The notes beneath the pieces were generated by a model. It was not told where the DNA came from. It ran no database searches and was given only the letters and a program-made list of their open reading frames with translations. Shown here one piece after another: positions 24,381-36,238 of a DNA stretch of 64,000 nt. Made by a program: the position numbers and the translations under genes. Origin of the DNA: Squalus acanthias (Eukaryota); assembly GCA_030390025.1 (NCBI GenBank), contig CM059427.1:71052001-71116000 (forward strand), read 5' to 3'. Every line of letters starts with the position of its first letter. Position 1 is the first letter of the stretch.

Positions 24381-25160
24381 TGGTAACTGGAATTTTTGAA
24401 TTGCATCTAAAAACATGCTTTACATAAGAAGTAATTTTCAAATAAAGTAACTTCCTTAGCTTGTTGTAGCATCAATAGAATCAGACCCGTCATGCAATGT
24501 AATGGTTAAGTCCTGAATTATCTAACTTAGTCCTATTGACTTCATGGTACTTCATTAACTGATGCTTCAGTGCATTCTAAAATGTTTGGACTTGAGATAG
24601 TTATGTTTTTAAGTGCAAATACACACACCCAATGGCTACCTTGACTACCCAAGCAACTTATTCTAATGCACTGTTGAACATTTAAGGAGGGTAATAGTAC
24701 TTTGCCTATATTGTAGAAAGGAATACACAGTCATTGAGAAAGGTTAGAAATGAATGAGTTCTAGTTCTTGTCTTTACGCAGTTGTGTGAACACCTCCAAA
24801 TCAGGTCCACTAATGGTTATCAGCATATCAGTCAGTCAGTTATCACGACCAGACTGATTATAGATGCCCCCAGACCTCAGCATCTAGCTGCCACCTCTGC
24901 CAACTCTAGCACTGTCTGTTTATTGCTGCTTTCTCCCTTTAGGCCTTCCCTTACACTCCCACCATCTCAGCGTAGTCCTGCCAAATCACTTTGTTGAACC
25001 AAAAATAAATGGACAGAAACAAGCGCTGTTGAATTTAAGCATTTTTGAAACTTTTTTAAAAAAAGGGCATTGATAAATTATTGGTGAATTCATACAATGT
25101 TAAAGAGTCATTATCAGATATACTGTTTTGCATCAAGCCAGTCTACTAATGATTCTGGAG

Positions 25161-26645
25161 TGTAAGATTCTCAAAATTCACAGATCCCCCAAAACTCGAA
25201 GACAAACCCTAAGGAAAAAAAGACTTTGGACTCTTTTCTAGCTATTACAGGGTGGTGAAGTGCATTGGGCCTAACCGAAGGACTTTTCGAGCAAAGACCA
25301 AGATTTTGGTATTTTTAAAACATGTCTGGGCTTGTAGGGGAGAAAAGGCTGTGAAGGAAGGTGGGTTCAACCTCTGTAAAAACAGTTTGGGTATTGGAGC
25401 TAATGGGAACTGTCTGGGGAACTGCCTGATCTCGCTGGGAGTGTAAATCGGCCCCTATCAGACATTAGCACCCTAACAATAAACCCGAGGAAAACAGTCT
25501 CCACCCCAAGCTACAGAGCCCATTAAGACATGCATAAAACAAATTACTTCGGCTTACCCTATAGAAATTACAGGCCCAACCAAGAAACCCAAAACATAAG
25601 AACGATCAAACTCCGATTAAGTGGCACATCAACGGGATGGGGCCATCCCGGAACCACTTCACACCTTAGCAAACTAGTTACCGATAACGAGCCCGCCAAA
25701 ACTAACAAAGACCGAGACCTGATTTGGCACGCAGATAAGGAACCTTCAATGAGTATAATTGAAGGCCTGTTCTCAACCTGAAAAGAAGAGGAAGGTAGAA
25801 CAAGAAGACATCAACGGAGGCATTCTCCGCAACACAGTTCTAAAAACCAACACCGTTCAGCGTTCCGTGTCCAGCCAGGAGGTCGACAGCTCGAAGGCCA
25901 GGCCATCCAACAAAGTAGGCCGACACGAGAAGAACCCAGAACGACTGCCTCAGTGACCACCGGACACCTCGCGGCAACAAGGCCCTCACGAAACAACCAA
26001 CTAAACACCAAGTATCAACAATTGGGCCACCGCGACCAAAGAAAACCAACTCGAAGAAAACCCGAAGAATCGCAAAGTTTCCACTCTACAATCTACACCT
26101 GACTTACCCCATGGTAAGATTTTCCCCTAAAAAACTCTAAACCCTACTTCTAAACTAAAGAAAGTGGGTACTCACCTGATAAATCCAATACGCACTCTAC
26201 CGCATCAGCGGACTCGCGAAGACTGACCAGATACGCATTTGAAGTCCTCTACCACGTACGGGGTACGGCAGACACCAACCGACATATAGAGTGAACCCCA
26301 AAACCGCGAACTAACCGAACTGTCAAGGATTCTGGTGAGTATCATTCCTGGTCCTCTGGAGTCCAACCTAGCTAGTGAAGTGGGATTGGGAGGGGTGAAG
26401 TATTCTTCGAATGTTATTTCCCTTGCTTGTACCGAAGTGTTCCCCACCTTTAGAATGTTAAGAGTGTTTGTGTTGTGTTTTACTTTCTTAAATAAAGATC
26501 AAAGTTCTTGCATCAAACCCAGTTGTCTGCTGCACTTTATATCACAACCCCCAAATAAGTCCAAGGTCTAGAACCAAGGGAGTGGGAGCGATTTGAACCG
26601 CTCAGAAGTCAGAGGTGAAGCTGACACAAACCACCACCCCCTACA
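25161..26645 (+). mobile_element. Solo LTR (ERV- or Gypsy-type), 1485 bp
   Basis: TGTA...TACA termini, perfect 4-bp TSD GGAG (25157-25160, 26646-26649), AATAAA at 26491, CpG-rich. Confidence 0.85.
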
Positions 26646-27474
26646 GGAGTCATTTCTTTCCTAAATCTCATTGCAAAAACATAATAATTTTTTCCCCTCC
26701 CTATTTTATTGATCTTAAATGAATCCAGTAAAGATTAGAGAAACAAACTCTTGTCTTCTCCCAATTGTTCTACCTCTCTGTCAATATTTCCTAGCACTTC
26801 AGAAGAGCGTCAGAGACAGTGGAAACGTATTTGATGGTCTGTTTGATAATTTGTGCTTTTGCTTCCAACATCTTTTGTGGTCTGAGCAAAATTCACCAGC
26901 ACAGAGAAGAGAAAAAAATACAATGGTGCAGTTACTGCTGCCATACTTCAATTATTGTCAAGTTCCAATAGGATTTTCAGAGTACGCTGATCACTTCGTA
27001 GTTTCAGGTGATAGCATCCCTTTTGTGCCTTGTTACATTTTCGCTAACCGACAACCTTTAATTGAGCAAAGAGAAGGAGGAAGGTTTTGTTTATCTGATG
27101 GTGTGAAATTAGAAGTACAATGCATGTGCAGAACTTTATTGGCACTCTGATCCCAAGACAGCGAATGCAGAGCCTTATTGACACTTTGCCCCTAGGACAG
27201 TTAATGGCTACAGTGGTTTCTTTCTCTGAACATGTAACAGTGGTAAATTGTTCCACTTCGCACTGTGGCTTGTTTATACTTCACTTATGCAGTCAATGGG
27301 ATCTGAAGTGCTTCAAATTTCTCAATTGGTTCAATTGACCGTGACTTTTCTTTGTAGTGAAATGTGGAGGGCTCTTGCAGATCACTGCAGGTGGTCAGTG
27401 GAGAAGCAGGTTTTCAAGGAAAAGGTGGGTTCTTTCTCTGCATTGATATGCTCCTCAAAGCCTTACATTTGGTA

Positions 27475-27800
27475 GACGTCCAAGGCTTCTTCGGCAGCAC
27501 CTTCCAAACCCGTGACCTCTACCACCCAGAAAGACAAGGGCAGCAGGCGCATGGGAACACCACCAACTCCAAGCTCCCCTCCAATTTACACACCATCCTG
27601 ACTTGGAAGTATATCGGCCGTTCCTTCATCGTCGCTGGGCCAAAATCCTGGAACTCCCTCCCTAACAGCACTGTGGGAGTAACTTCGCCACATGGACTGC
27701 AGCGGTTCAAGAAAGCGGCTCACCACCACCTTCTCAAGGGCAGTTAGGGATGGGTAATAAATGCTGGCCTTGCCAGCGATGCGCACATCCCGTAAAGGAA
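27475..27800 (+). mobile_element. Second CR1-group LINE, 3' end
   Basis: SWNSLPNSTVG...GLQRFKKAAHHHLLKG; aataaatgctggccttgccagcg tail. Confidence 0.9.
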
Positions 27801-27811
27801 TAAAAGAAAAG

Positions 27812-27992
27812 GAAAACATAGGAACAGGAGTAAGCCGTTCAGTCCCTCGAGCCTGTTCCGCCATTCAATTAGATCATGGCTCTGTACAACTGAAGCATCA
27901 CTTTTGAATTCCATACCTTTGAGATAAAGGCCAATATTTCATTCGCCTTTTTGATTACAATTTGTACCTGTGCACTAGCTGTTAGTGATTTT
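27812..27992 (-). mobile_element. CR1 fragments (tail plus ORF2 piece)
   Basis: aacataggaacaggag...cctcgagcctgttccgcc; ataaaggccaat...gccttt. Confidence 0.75.
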
Positions 27993-28258
27993 TTCATCCG
28001 TCAGAGCGATTCAGATGATATCATCAACCTAGAACCTTATGGGATATCAGGCGGTGAGGAAGGACCTTATGAAATTTCAAGTTGTGATGTAGGATCTCAG
28101 AATATTGGACTATTCTGCAAGGTGAAACAGAACAAATTAACATCTTTAAATTAATTATGTTATTTACTTTCTGTGTGTTGGAACTTTCATGTGCACAGTC
28201 CCTTTCACAAGAACGGTAAAGGAAGAGATTTGGGGTAAGTGTGGCATTATGTATAAAA

Positions 28259-29950
28259 ACATAAGAACATAAGAAATAGGAGCAGGAGTAGGCCATTTGA
28301 CCCCTCGAACCTGATCTGCCATTCAATAAGATCATGGCTGATCTTCGACCTCAACTCCACTTTCCTGCACTATCTCCCTATCCCTTGATTCCCTTAATAT
28401 CCAAAAATCTATCGATCTCTGTCTTGAATATAATCAACGACTGAGCCTCCACAGCCCTCTGGGGTAGAGAATTCCAAAGATTCACCACCCTCTGAGTGAA
28501 GACATTTCTCCTCATCTCAGTCCTAAATGGCCGACCTCTTATTCTGAGACTGTGAGCCCTGGTTCTAGATGCCCCAGCCAGTGGAAACATCCTTCCTGCA
28601 TCTACCCTGTCAAGCCATGTAAGAATTTTGTATGTTTCAATGAGATCACCTCTCATTCTTCTAAACTCTAGAGAATATAGGCCTAGTCTACTCAATCTCT
28701 CCTCATAGGACAATCTCCCCATCCCAGGAATCAGAATGCTGAACCTTCGTTGCACTCCCTCTATGGCAAGTATATCCTTCCTTAGGTAAGGAGACCAAAA
28801 CTGTACACAATACTCCAGGTGTGGTCTCACCAGGGCCCTATATAATTGCAGTAAGACGTCTTTACTCTTATACTCAAATCCTCTTGTAATAAAGGCCAAC
28901 ATACCATTTGCTTTCCTAATTGCTTGCTGTACCTGCTTGTTAACTTTCAGTGATTTGTGTACAAGGACACCCAGGTCCCTCTGAACATCAACATTTCCCA
29001 ATCTCTCACCATTTCAAAAATACTCTGATTTTCTATTTTTCCTACCAAAGTGGATAACTTCACATTTTTCCACATTATATTCCATTTGCCATGTTCTTGT
29101 CCATTCACTTAGCCTGTCTATAGCCCCTTGAAGCCTCTTTGCATCCTCCTCACTACTTGCATTCCCACCCAGCTTTGTGTCATCAGCAAATTTGGATATA
29201 TTACATTTGGTCCCCTCATCCAAATCATTGATATAGATTGTGAATAATTGAGGCCCAAGCACTGATCCTTGCGGTATCCCACTAGTTACAGCCTTCCAAC
29301 CCGAAAATGACCCGTTTATTCTTACTCTCTGTCCATTTTCTGTCCATTAACCAATCCTCAATTCACGCTAGTATATTACCCCCAATCCCATGAGCCCTAA
29401 TTTTGTTGAATAACCTCTTGTGTGGCACATTATCGAATGCCTTCTGAAAATCCAAATACACCACATCCACTGGTTCCCCCTTAACTATTCTGCTAGTTAC
29501 AACCTCAAAAAACTCTAAAGATTTGTCAAACATGATTTCCCTTTCATAAATCTGTGTTGACTCTGCCCAATCCTATTATTATTTTCTAAGTGCCCTGTTA
29601 CCACGTCCTTAATAATAGATTCTAGCATTTTCCCTACTACTGATGTCAGGCTAACTGGTCTGTAGTTCCCCGTTTTCTCTCTCCCTCCTTTCTTAAATAG
29701 TGGGGTTACATTTGCTACCTTCCAATCTGCAGGAACCATTCTAGAATGTATGGAATTTTGGAAGATGATAACCAATGCATCCACCATCTCTAGCCACCTC
29801 TTTTAAAACCCTAGGATGCAGGCCATCAGGTCCAGGGGATTTATCGGCTTTCAGTCCCATTAATTTCTCCAGTATTTTTTTTTACTAATACTAATTTCTT
29901 TCAGTTCCTCATTCTCGCTAGACTCTTGGTTCTCCATTATTTCCGGGAAG
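28259..29950 (-). mobile_element. CR1 LINE, longest copy, containing a frameshifted RT domain
   Basis: ORFs 29515-29787 (WKVANVTPLFKKG..NYRPVSLTS), 29014-29262 (LGPQLFTIYINDL..KFADDTKL), 28378-29001; aacataag tail. Confidence 0.97.
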
Positions 29951-30377
29951 TATAAAAAGCAAGCTCAGCCAATATCAGTTGGGGAGTCCAGAGTACAGTT
30001 GCTCTCTTTCCTTCACTTTCCCCTGTCCTTTAGCTTGTAAAGTAGAGCAAAATGTCCCAGCAAAAGGGCAGGTAACTATCCTGCTCCCAAGAACACTGGT
30101 AATACCATTTTGTAATCACCTTATAGGAGGATCGTGAGAGTAGCTGTGAGTCAACTGCACATTCAATTGTCTCTCCCTCTCTAAGGAAATGCCTTATTTC
30201 TCTTTCTCATATTCCTCTGATGATCAGGCTGAGATTGGGAACTCGCCATAGGATATGTCTGTGACAAAAGTGAAATATACTCTATCCTGTATTGTTGTTT
30301 TTCTTTCTATCATCAAACATCTGGGTCAAAAAACAGGTTAACTTACAGAAAAGGCCCCAGATTGTTTTGAAGCACAG

Positions 30378-30798
30378 TTGGGCCTATACTCATTGGAGTT
30401 TAGAAGAATGAGAGGTGATCTTATTGAAACATATAAGATACCGAGGGGGCTTGACAGGGTAGATGCAGGGAGGATGTTTCCCCTCATGGGGGAGTCTAGA
30501 ACTAGGGGGCATTGTTTCAGAATAAGGGGTCGCCCTTTTAAAACTGAGATGAGGAGGAATTTCTTCTCTCAGAGGGTTGTAAATCTGTGGAATTCTCTGC
30601 CCCAGTGAGCTGTGGAGGCTGGGTCATTGAATATATTTAAGGTGGAGATTGACAGATTTTTTAACAATGGGTTATGGGGAGCGTGCAGGGAAATGGAGCT
30701 GAGCCCAAGACCAGATCAGCCATAATCTCATTAAATGGAGGAGCAGGCTCGAGAGGCCAAATGGCCTACTCCTGCTCCTATTTCTTATGTTCTTATGT
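30378..30798 (+). mobile_element. CR1 3' fragment
   Basis: GLYSLEFRRMRGDLIETYKI...NLWNSLPQ; ttcttatg tail. Confidence 0.95.
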
Positions 30799-31246
30799 TA
30801 TCATAGATTATATCTATTCCAGACATTTGAGGGAGGAGCTAAGCCATTCAATCCAAATAGAAGCATTTTGTGGCTTTTGCTCGAACATACGTTTGATCAG
30901 CAGTTCTTTTGCACCTGGAGACCCCATATTTAAATTTCTTTTGTCCCAGTCGAATTTTGAACATAATTTCTCAGCCTATCTTGTTTCCAAAGGAGAAGTC
31001 TGTCTGAAGCTATTGGAGAGACAGAGATAGATAGGCTAAAGTGACTGGAACAGACTGCCACATTTGGTTCATAATCGGTGATCTTGCGTCCGGTCCAGTT
31101 TCACCTGCAGTTTAGTGCAACAGCTGCAACTGTTTGTTATTTTCTGTCTTCCGAGAACAATGAATTATACCTGTAACTATCGAAAATCTACAGTGTGCCA
31201 TTGCTTCTGTTCACTTATCCATTTACAGTTTAATGAATTTGTTTGA

Positions 31247-31637
31247 CATAGAAACATAGAACATAGAAACATAGGAGCAGGAGTAGGCCATTCGGCCCTT
31301 CGAGCCTGCTCCGCCATTCAATATGATCATGGCTGATCCTCTATCTCAATACCATATTCCCCCTCTCTCCCCATACCCCTTGACGCCTTTTGTGTCTAGA
31401 AATCTATCTCCTTCTTAAATATATTCAGTGACTTGGCCTCCACAGGCTTCTGTGGTGGAGAATTCCATAGATTCACCACCCTCTGAGTGAAGAAATTTCT
31501 CCTCATCTCAATCCTAAATGTCCTACCCCATATCCTGAGACTTTGACCCCTCGTTCTAGACCCCCCAGCCAGGGGAAACATCCTCCCTGCATCCAGTCTG
31601 TCTAGCCCTGTCAGAATTTTATACATTTCAATGAGAT
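31247..31637 (-). mobile_element. CR1 3' fragment (CATAGAAA-tail subfamily)
   Basis: Nearly identical to 10497-10885. Confidence 0.95.
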
Positions 31638-31904
31638 AGTTTATAACTTAAGCCATGGTCTAGAATAAAGGTAATCCCACCACCTTCCGCGGTTGCGAAA
31701 CATCACGTGAGTGTACATGATATAATCCATTAGCCAAAATACAGTCACAAGGGTTTTATGTTTGATTACTGCACTTATTACAAATTACTTACATATTGGG
31801 CAGCTTAAATGCACTCCATGGAGTAAAGGCTCATGTATGACAGTAATCTGAGATGCTTAGCTCAAAAAAATATGTGGGGAAAAGATCCAAAAATGCAACC
31901 ATGA

Positions 31905-32296
31905 CCTTGATTTTGAAATTCTTATCCTTGTGTTCAAATCACTCTGTGGTCTTGACCCTCCCTATCTCCATAACCTCTTTCTGCTCGACAACCCTCCGAG
32001 AACCCTGCGTTCCTCCAATTCTGGCCTCTTGTGCATCCCTGATTTCCTTCGCCCCTCCATTGGCGGCCGTGCCTTCAGTTGTCTAGGCTTTAAGCTCTGG
32101 AATTCCCTCCCTAAACCTCTACTACTCTACCTCTCCCTCCTCCTTTAAGACACTCCTTAAAACCTACCTCTCACCTGTCCTAATATCTCATGTGGCTCGG
32201 TTTCAAATCTTGTCTGGTTTTTTGTCCTGTGAAGCGCCTTGAGATGTTTTACTACATTAAAGGTGCTATATAAATGAAAATTGTTCTTGTTGTTGT
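31905..32296 (+). mobile_element. L2 3' fragment
   Basis: FKSLCGLDPPYL...RTLRSSNSGLL...GGRAFS...LWNSLP. Confidence 0.9.
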
Positions 32297-33009
32297 GTAC
32301 TCTGTGGCACAAAGCACTGGTGCACCAATGTGACTGGGCTGACTCACAACAGGTTACAGTGGTTTATACTTTCTGGAAAAGTGTTTGTGGTGGCTTTATA
32401 ATTTACTTTGTAAAAGTTTTAGGCAATTCGGAATAGGTTGGAGCATCATTTATAATTAACATTTCTTGGCCCCTGTTGAATAGGGAATGAAAGTTCATAG
32501 CTTCATATGACAGAATCCCTGCAGCATAAACCACTGGGACTTCTGGACAGCATAAGCAGTATCGTGGCTGGCAACCAAATTTTATAATTACCTTCATTGC
32601 AGAAATAATTAGCGAGCTCTTAGTTGTGCCTCATTTCATCTTGTGTGAGCACTGTAATAATTGCTGAATAAATATAATATTATCTTGTCAAATACGCAAA
32701 GGATACCAAATTTGTTCGGTTGGAGGGGAGGGAGGAACAGCAGAGTATGAAGGACGACAAAGAAGTGACCCGAGAAAAAATCTGCAAGTAGGTGGAATGG
32801 TGACAAGTGAGATTTAGCATGGATAAGTGGAAGGAAAAATGGATGCGATGCGTACATGATGACGGGTGTTGAAGTAACTGAAATGGAGTTGAAAGAGGTG
32901 TAAGGCTATTATTGGGCTCTGTCCTTAACCTTTCCAGTCATTATGGAGCAGCACTCAACAAAGAAAATGGAATACAGAACCACAGAGCTAAATCAGCGAT
33001 ACAAGGCGC

Positions 33010-33820
33010 TAGTAGATAGAGAAAAATTATTCCCTCTGGCGAGTGGGTCAATAACCAGAGATCATAGATTAAAAATCATCGGCAAAAGATCTAGAGGGGA
33101 GATGAGAATTTTTTTCACTCTGAGTTGTCGGGATCTGGAACGCTCTTCCTGAAAAGCTGGTGGAAGCTGATTCCATAAATAATGTGAAAAAGGAGTTGGA
33201 CAGGTACTCGAGGATGAGGAACTTACAGGGTTACGGACATAAAGTGGGGATGTGGGACTGAGCACGACTGCTCTTTCAAAGAGCCGGCACAGGCACGACG
33301 GGCCAAACGGCCTCCTTCTGTGCTGTAAATTTCTATGATTTCTTTGATCTCATGCTAAAATTGTACAGAGCTCTGGTTAGTCTACACCCAGGGATGCGGG
33401 CCTTCGGTTACGGTGAGAAGCTGGGATTGTTCTCCTTAGAGCAGAGATGGTTAAGGGGAGATTTAATAGAAGTATTCAAAATTATGAAGGGTTTGGAAAG
33501 GGAGAAACTGTTTTCACTGGCGAGAGGGTTAGTAACCAGAGGACACAGATTTAAGATAATTTGCAAAAGGGGGGGAGATGAGAAGAATTTTTTTTTACGC
33601 AGCAATTTGTTATGGCCTGGATTACACTGCCTGAAAGGGTAGTGAAAGCAGATTCAATGGTAATTTTCAAATGGGAATTGGATATATACTTGAAAAGGAT
33701 AAATTTGCAGGGCTATGGGAAAAGGAGTGTGACTAACTGGGTAGCTCTTTCAAAGAGCCGGCATAGGCACGATGGGCTGAAAGGCCTCCTTCTGTGCTGT
33801 ATAACTTTAACCTTCTATGG
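33010..33820 (+). mobile_element. Two tandem CR1 3' fragments
   Basis: DREKLFPLASGSITRDHRLK; LGLFSLEQRWLRGDLIEVFK; ctctttcaaagagccggcac tails. Confidence 0.85.
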
Positions 33821-34329
33821 GCGAGGGTATGCACTGGTAAATGGCGTACAAGTGCTTTAATTTTTTGGAGGCAAGTGTGCAGTCACCTTTTGGCTACTGT
33901 GACCATCAGTATATGCTGGCCTCAATCACCAACCTGACATAACTTCTTCTGTGCTGTGGAAGCAACAGAATCAGCAATGAGGTAGCGTGGGAGGAAAGAA
34001 GATGTGAAAATCAGGAATGGGAGAGATGCACGTGTTACAGTCATCCTTTACTGTTGAGTTCTTAGTTATTAAAGAACCCTTATGCTCTTGCTGATGCTCC
34101 AGCTCTTGTGAGACTTCTGCGTAAACTAAGAATTTAAAAGTTGACTTATATGTTGAGCACTTCTGCTCCTGGCAGCGCTCCAGTTACTGATTCTGGCGAC
34201 CAGCCTCCTGTCCTCCTCCCATTGTCAAATCCTCTCCTGCATCTTTATCCTTATGCCACAACCTTGCTCCTGCTCACCTTTCTGCTCCTCCTCCCATTGC
34301 TGAATCCGCTCCTGCTCCTCTTGCCTCAC

Positions 34330-34896
34330 CTGAAGGATTTTGATAGAGTAAATAAGGAGAAACTGTTCCCAGTGCCAGAAGAGTTGGTAGGAACATAGGA
34401 ACAGGAGTCGGCCATTTAGCCCCTCGAGCCTGTTCCACCATTCAATGAGATCATGGCTGATCTGTGACCTAACTCCATATACTTGCCTTTGCCTCATATC
34501 CCTTAGACTGTTGTTAACCAAAGGTATTATCAGTCTCCGATTTAAAATTAACAATTGACCTAGCATCAACTGCCATTTGCGGAAGAGAGTTCCAAACCAG
34601 AGGTAACCAGAGGACACAAATTTAAAGTAATTGGCAAAAGAACGAGAGGCAAGATCAGGAGAAATTTATTTACTCAGCTTGGTTGTGATCTGGAATGCAC
34701 TCCCTGAGCGGGCGGTGGAAACCGTTACAATAGTAACTTTCAAAAGTAAGTGGATAAATACTTGAAGGGTAAAATTTGCAGGGCTGTGGGTAAAGGGTAG
34801 GGGAATAGGACTAATTGGATAGCTCTTTCAAAGAGCCAGCACAGGTATGATGGGCTGAATGGCCTTCCTCTGTGCTGTATCATTCTATGATTCTAT
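34330..34896 (+). mobile_element. CR1 3' fragment with an inverted CR1 tail inserted at about 34385-34597
   Basis: gattttgatagagtaaataaggagaaactg...; inverted aggaacataggaacaggag; attctatgattctat tail. Confidence 0.85.
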
Positions 34897-35585
34897 ACCC
34901 CACTGCTCCTGCTCCCTTAACCCCACTCTCCCCACTGTCTCCACTCCTGATGGTGGATGGCTGGCTGTGGCTTGCTGGGCTTCTAGTGACTGACTGTTGG
35001 TGGTGACTGTAATGGTGCATTTTTGATCCATCATGAAGTAATATATACAATTTACAAATATATCAAAATCCACTTGAAAATGCTGGAAAACGGGCCCAGA
35101 TGAATGTTTACCCATAGTCTCTGCTTTGTGATGAAGGATTCCATGTTCCAATAACCCTCTGTGTGAAAATGTTTCTTTTAGCTTGCCCCTTTGTTCTGCT
35201 CATGGTAATCAAGACACTATGACCTCTTGTTACTGATTCACCAACCAATGAACATAGCCTTTCACTATTTACCCTTTCAAAACCTTTTGCCCTCCTGCAT
35301 TCTTCCTACGAGTTTGCCATGCCTGCTAATTTGGCAGATCACTAAATTTTAACATGATTTTGAAAACCTCTCTTAATCCCCCGAATCTACTTTGTTCCAG
35401 TCAAAAAGCCCCCGATATTTTGAGCCTTTTTTTTGTATTCTTGCTTGTATTACTTTAGTCAATTCAAATTTTACTCTTTCCATGGCTATATTATCCTTGA
35501 TGCGGAGATGCCGGTGTTGGACTGGGGTGGACAAAATTGAGAGGTCGCACAACACCAGGTTATAGTCCAACAGTTTTATTTGAAA

Positions 35586-35627
35586 TCACAAGCTTTCGGA
35601 GCTATCGATTGCCCCTTCCTCAGGTGA
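35586..35627 (-). ncRNA. Minimal type-I hammerhead ribozyme motif (stem II G-U variant)
   Basis: UCAC-CUGAGGA-A-GGGGC(AAUCGAUA)GCUCC-GAA-AGCU-U/GUGA. Confidence 0.8.
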
Positions 35628-35956
35628 AGTAAATTAGATACAGAATCGCCAAAGTATATATAGATAGAGAACAAAGCATGTGTACCTTACAATTGCAGAC
35701 CACTAAATTAAATCATCCTGACTATCTGCCGAGGTGTGATAAAGTTAATCAAGTCAGCCAGGAAGGTACCACATCAAAGACATAGCAAGATACAACTGAG
35801 ACAATGAGGTGTAGTCGCAGGGGTTCTAACGTGTCAAAAGCTGCCGTCTGTATGTAAAACGAAAAGCTTTAAAATTTTTACTTTTTTACTGGGAAAATTT
35901 TTACTTTTTTACTGGGAATCACATCTGTGAACAAGACAACGACGACTCGAGTCCGA

Positions 35957-36238
35957 TCACGTCATGTATCGTGACATAAACCCAAGATCCCGGTTGAGAC
36001 CGTCTTCATGAGTGCGGAACTTGGCTATCAGTTTCTGCTCGATGATTTTGCGTTGTCGTGTGTTTCTAAGGTTGCCTTGGAGAACGCTTACCCGCAGATC
36101 CGAGGCTGAATGTCCTTGACTGCTGAAGTGTTCCCCGACTGGGAGGTAACAATCCTGCCTGGCGATTGTTGCGCGGTGCTCGTTCATACGTTGTCTCAGT
36201 GTCTGCATGGTCTCGCCGATGTACCATGCCGCGGTGCA
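35957..36238 (-). pseudogene. Penelope GIY-YIG endonuclease C-terminal fragment
   Basis: CTAAWYIGETMQTLRQRMNEHR...PVGEHF...R...EQKLIAKFRTHEDGLNRD; open frame, 5'-truncated. Confidence 0.9.

Noticed and set aside
28005-28121. Open phase-0 segment SDSDDIINLEPYGISGGEEGPYEISSCDVGSQNIGLFCK
   Set aside because: Weak donor (gtgaaa), acceptor tract abuts a CR1 fragment, no recognisable homology; not supportable without a search
34141-34398. Leucine-rich ORF
   Set aside because: Product of CCT/CTC low-complexity DNA fused to a CR1 fragment
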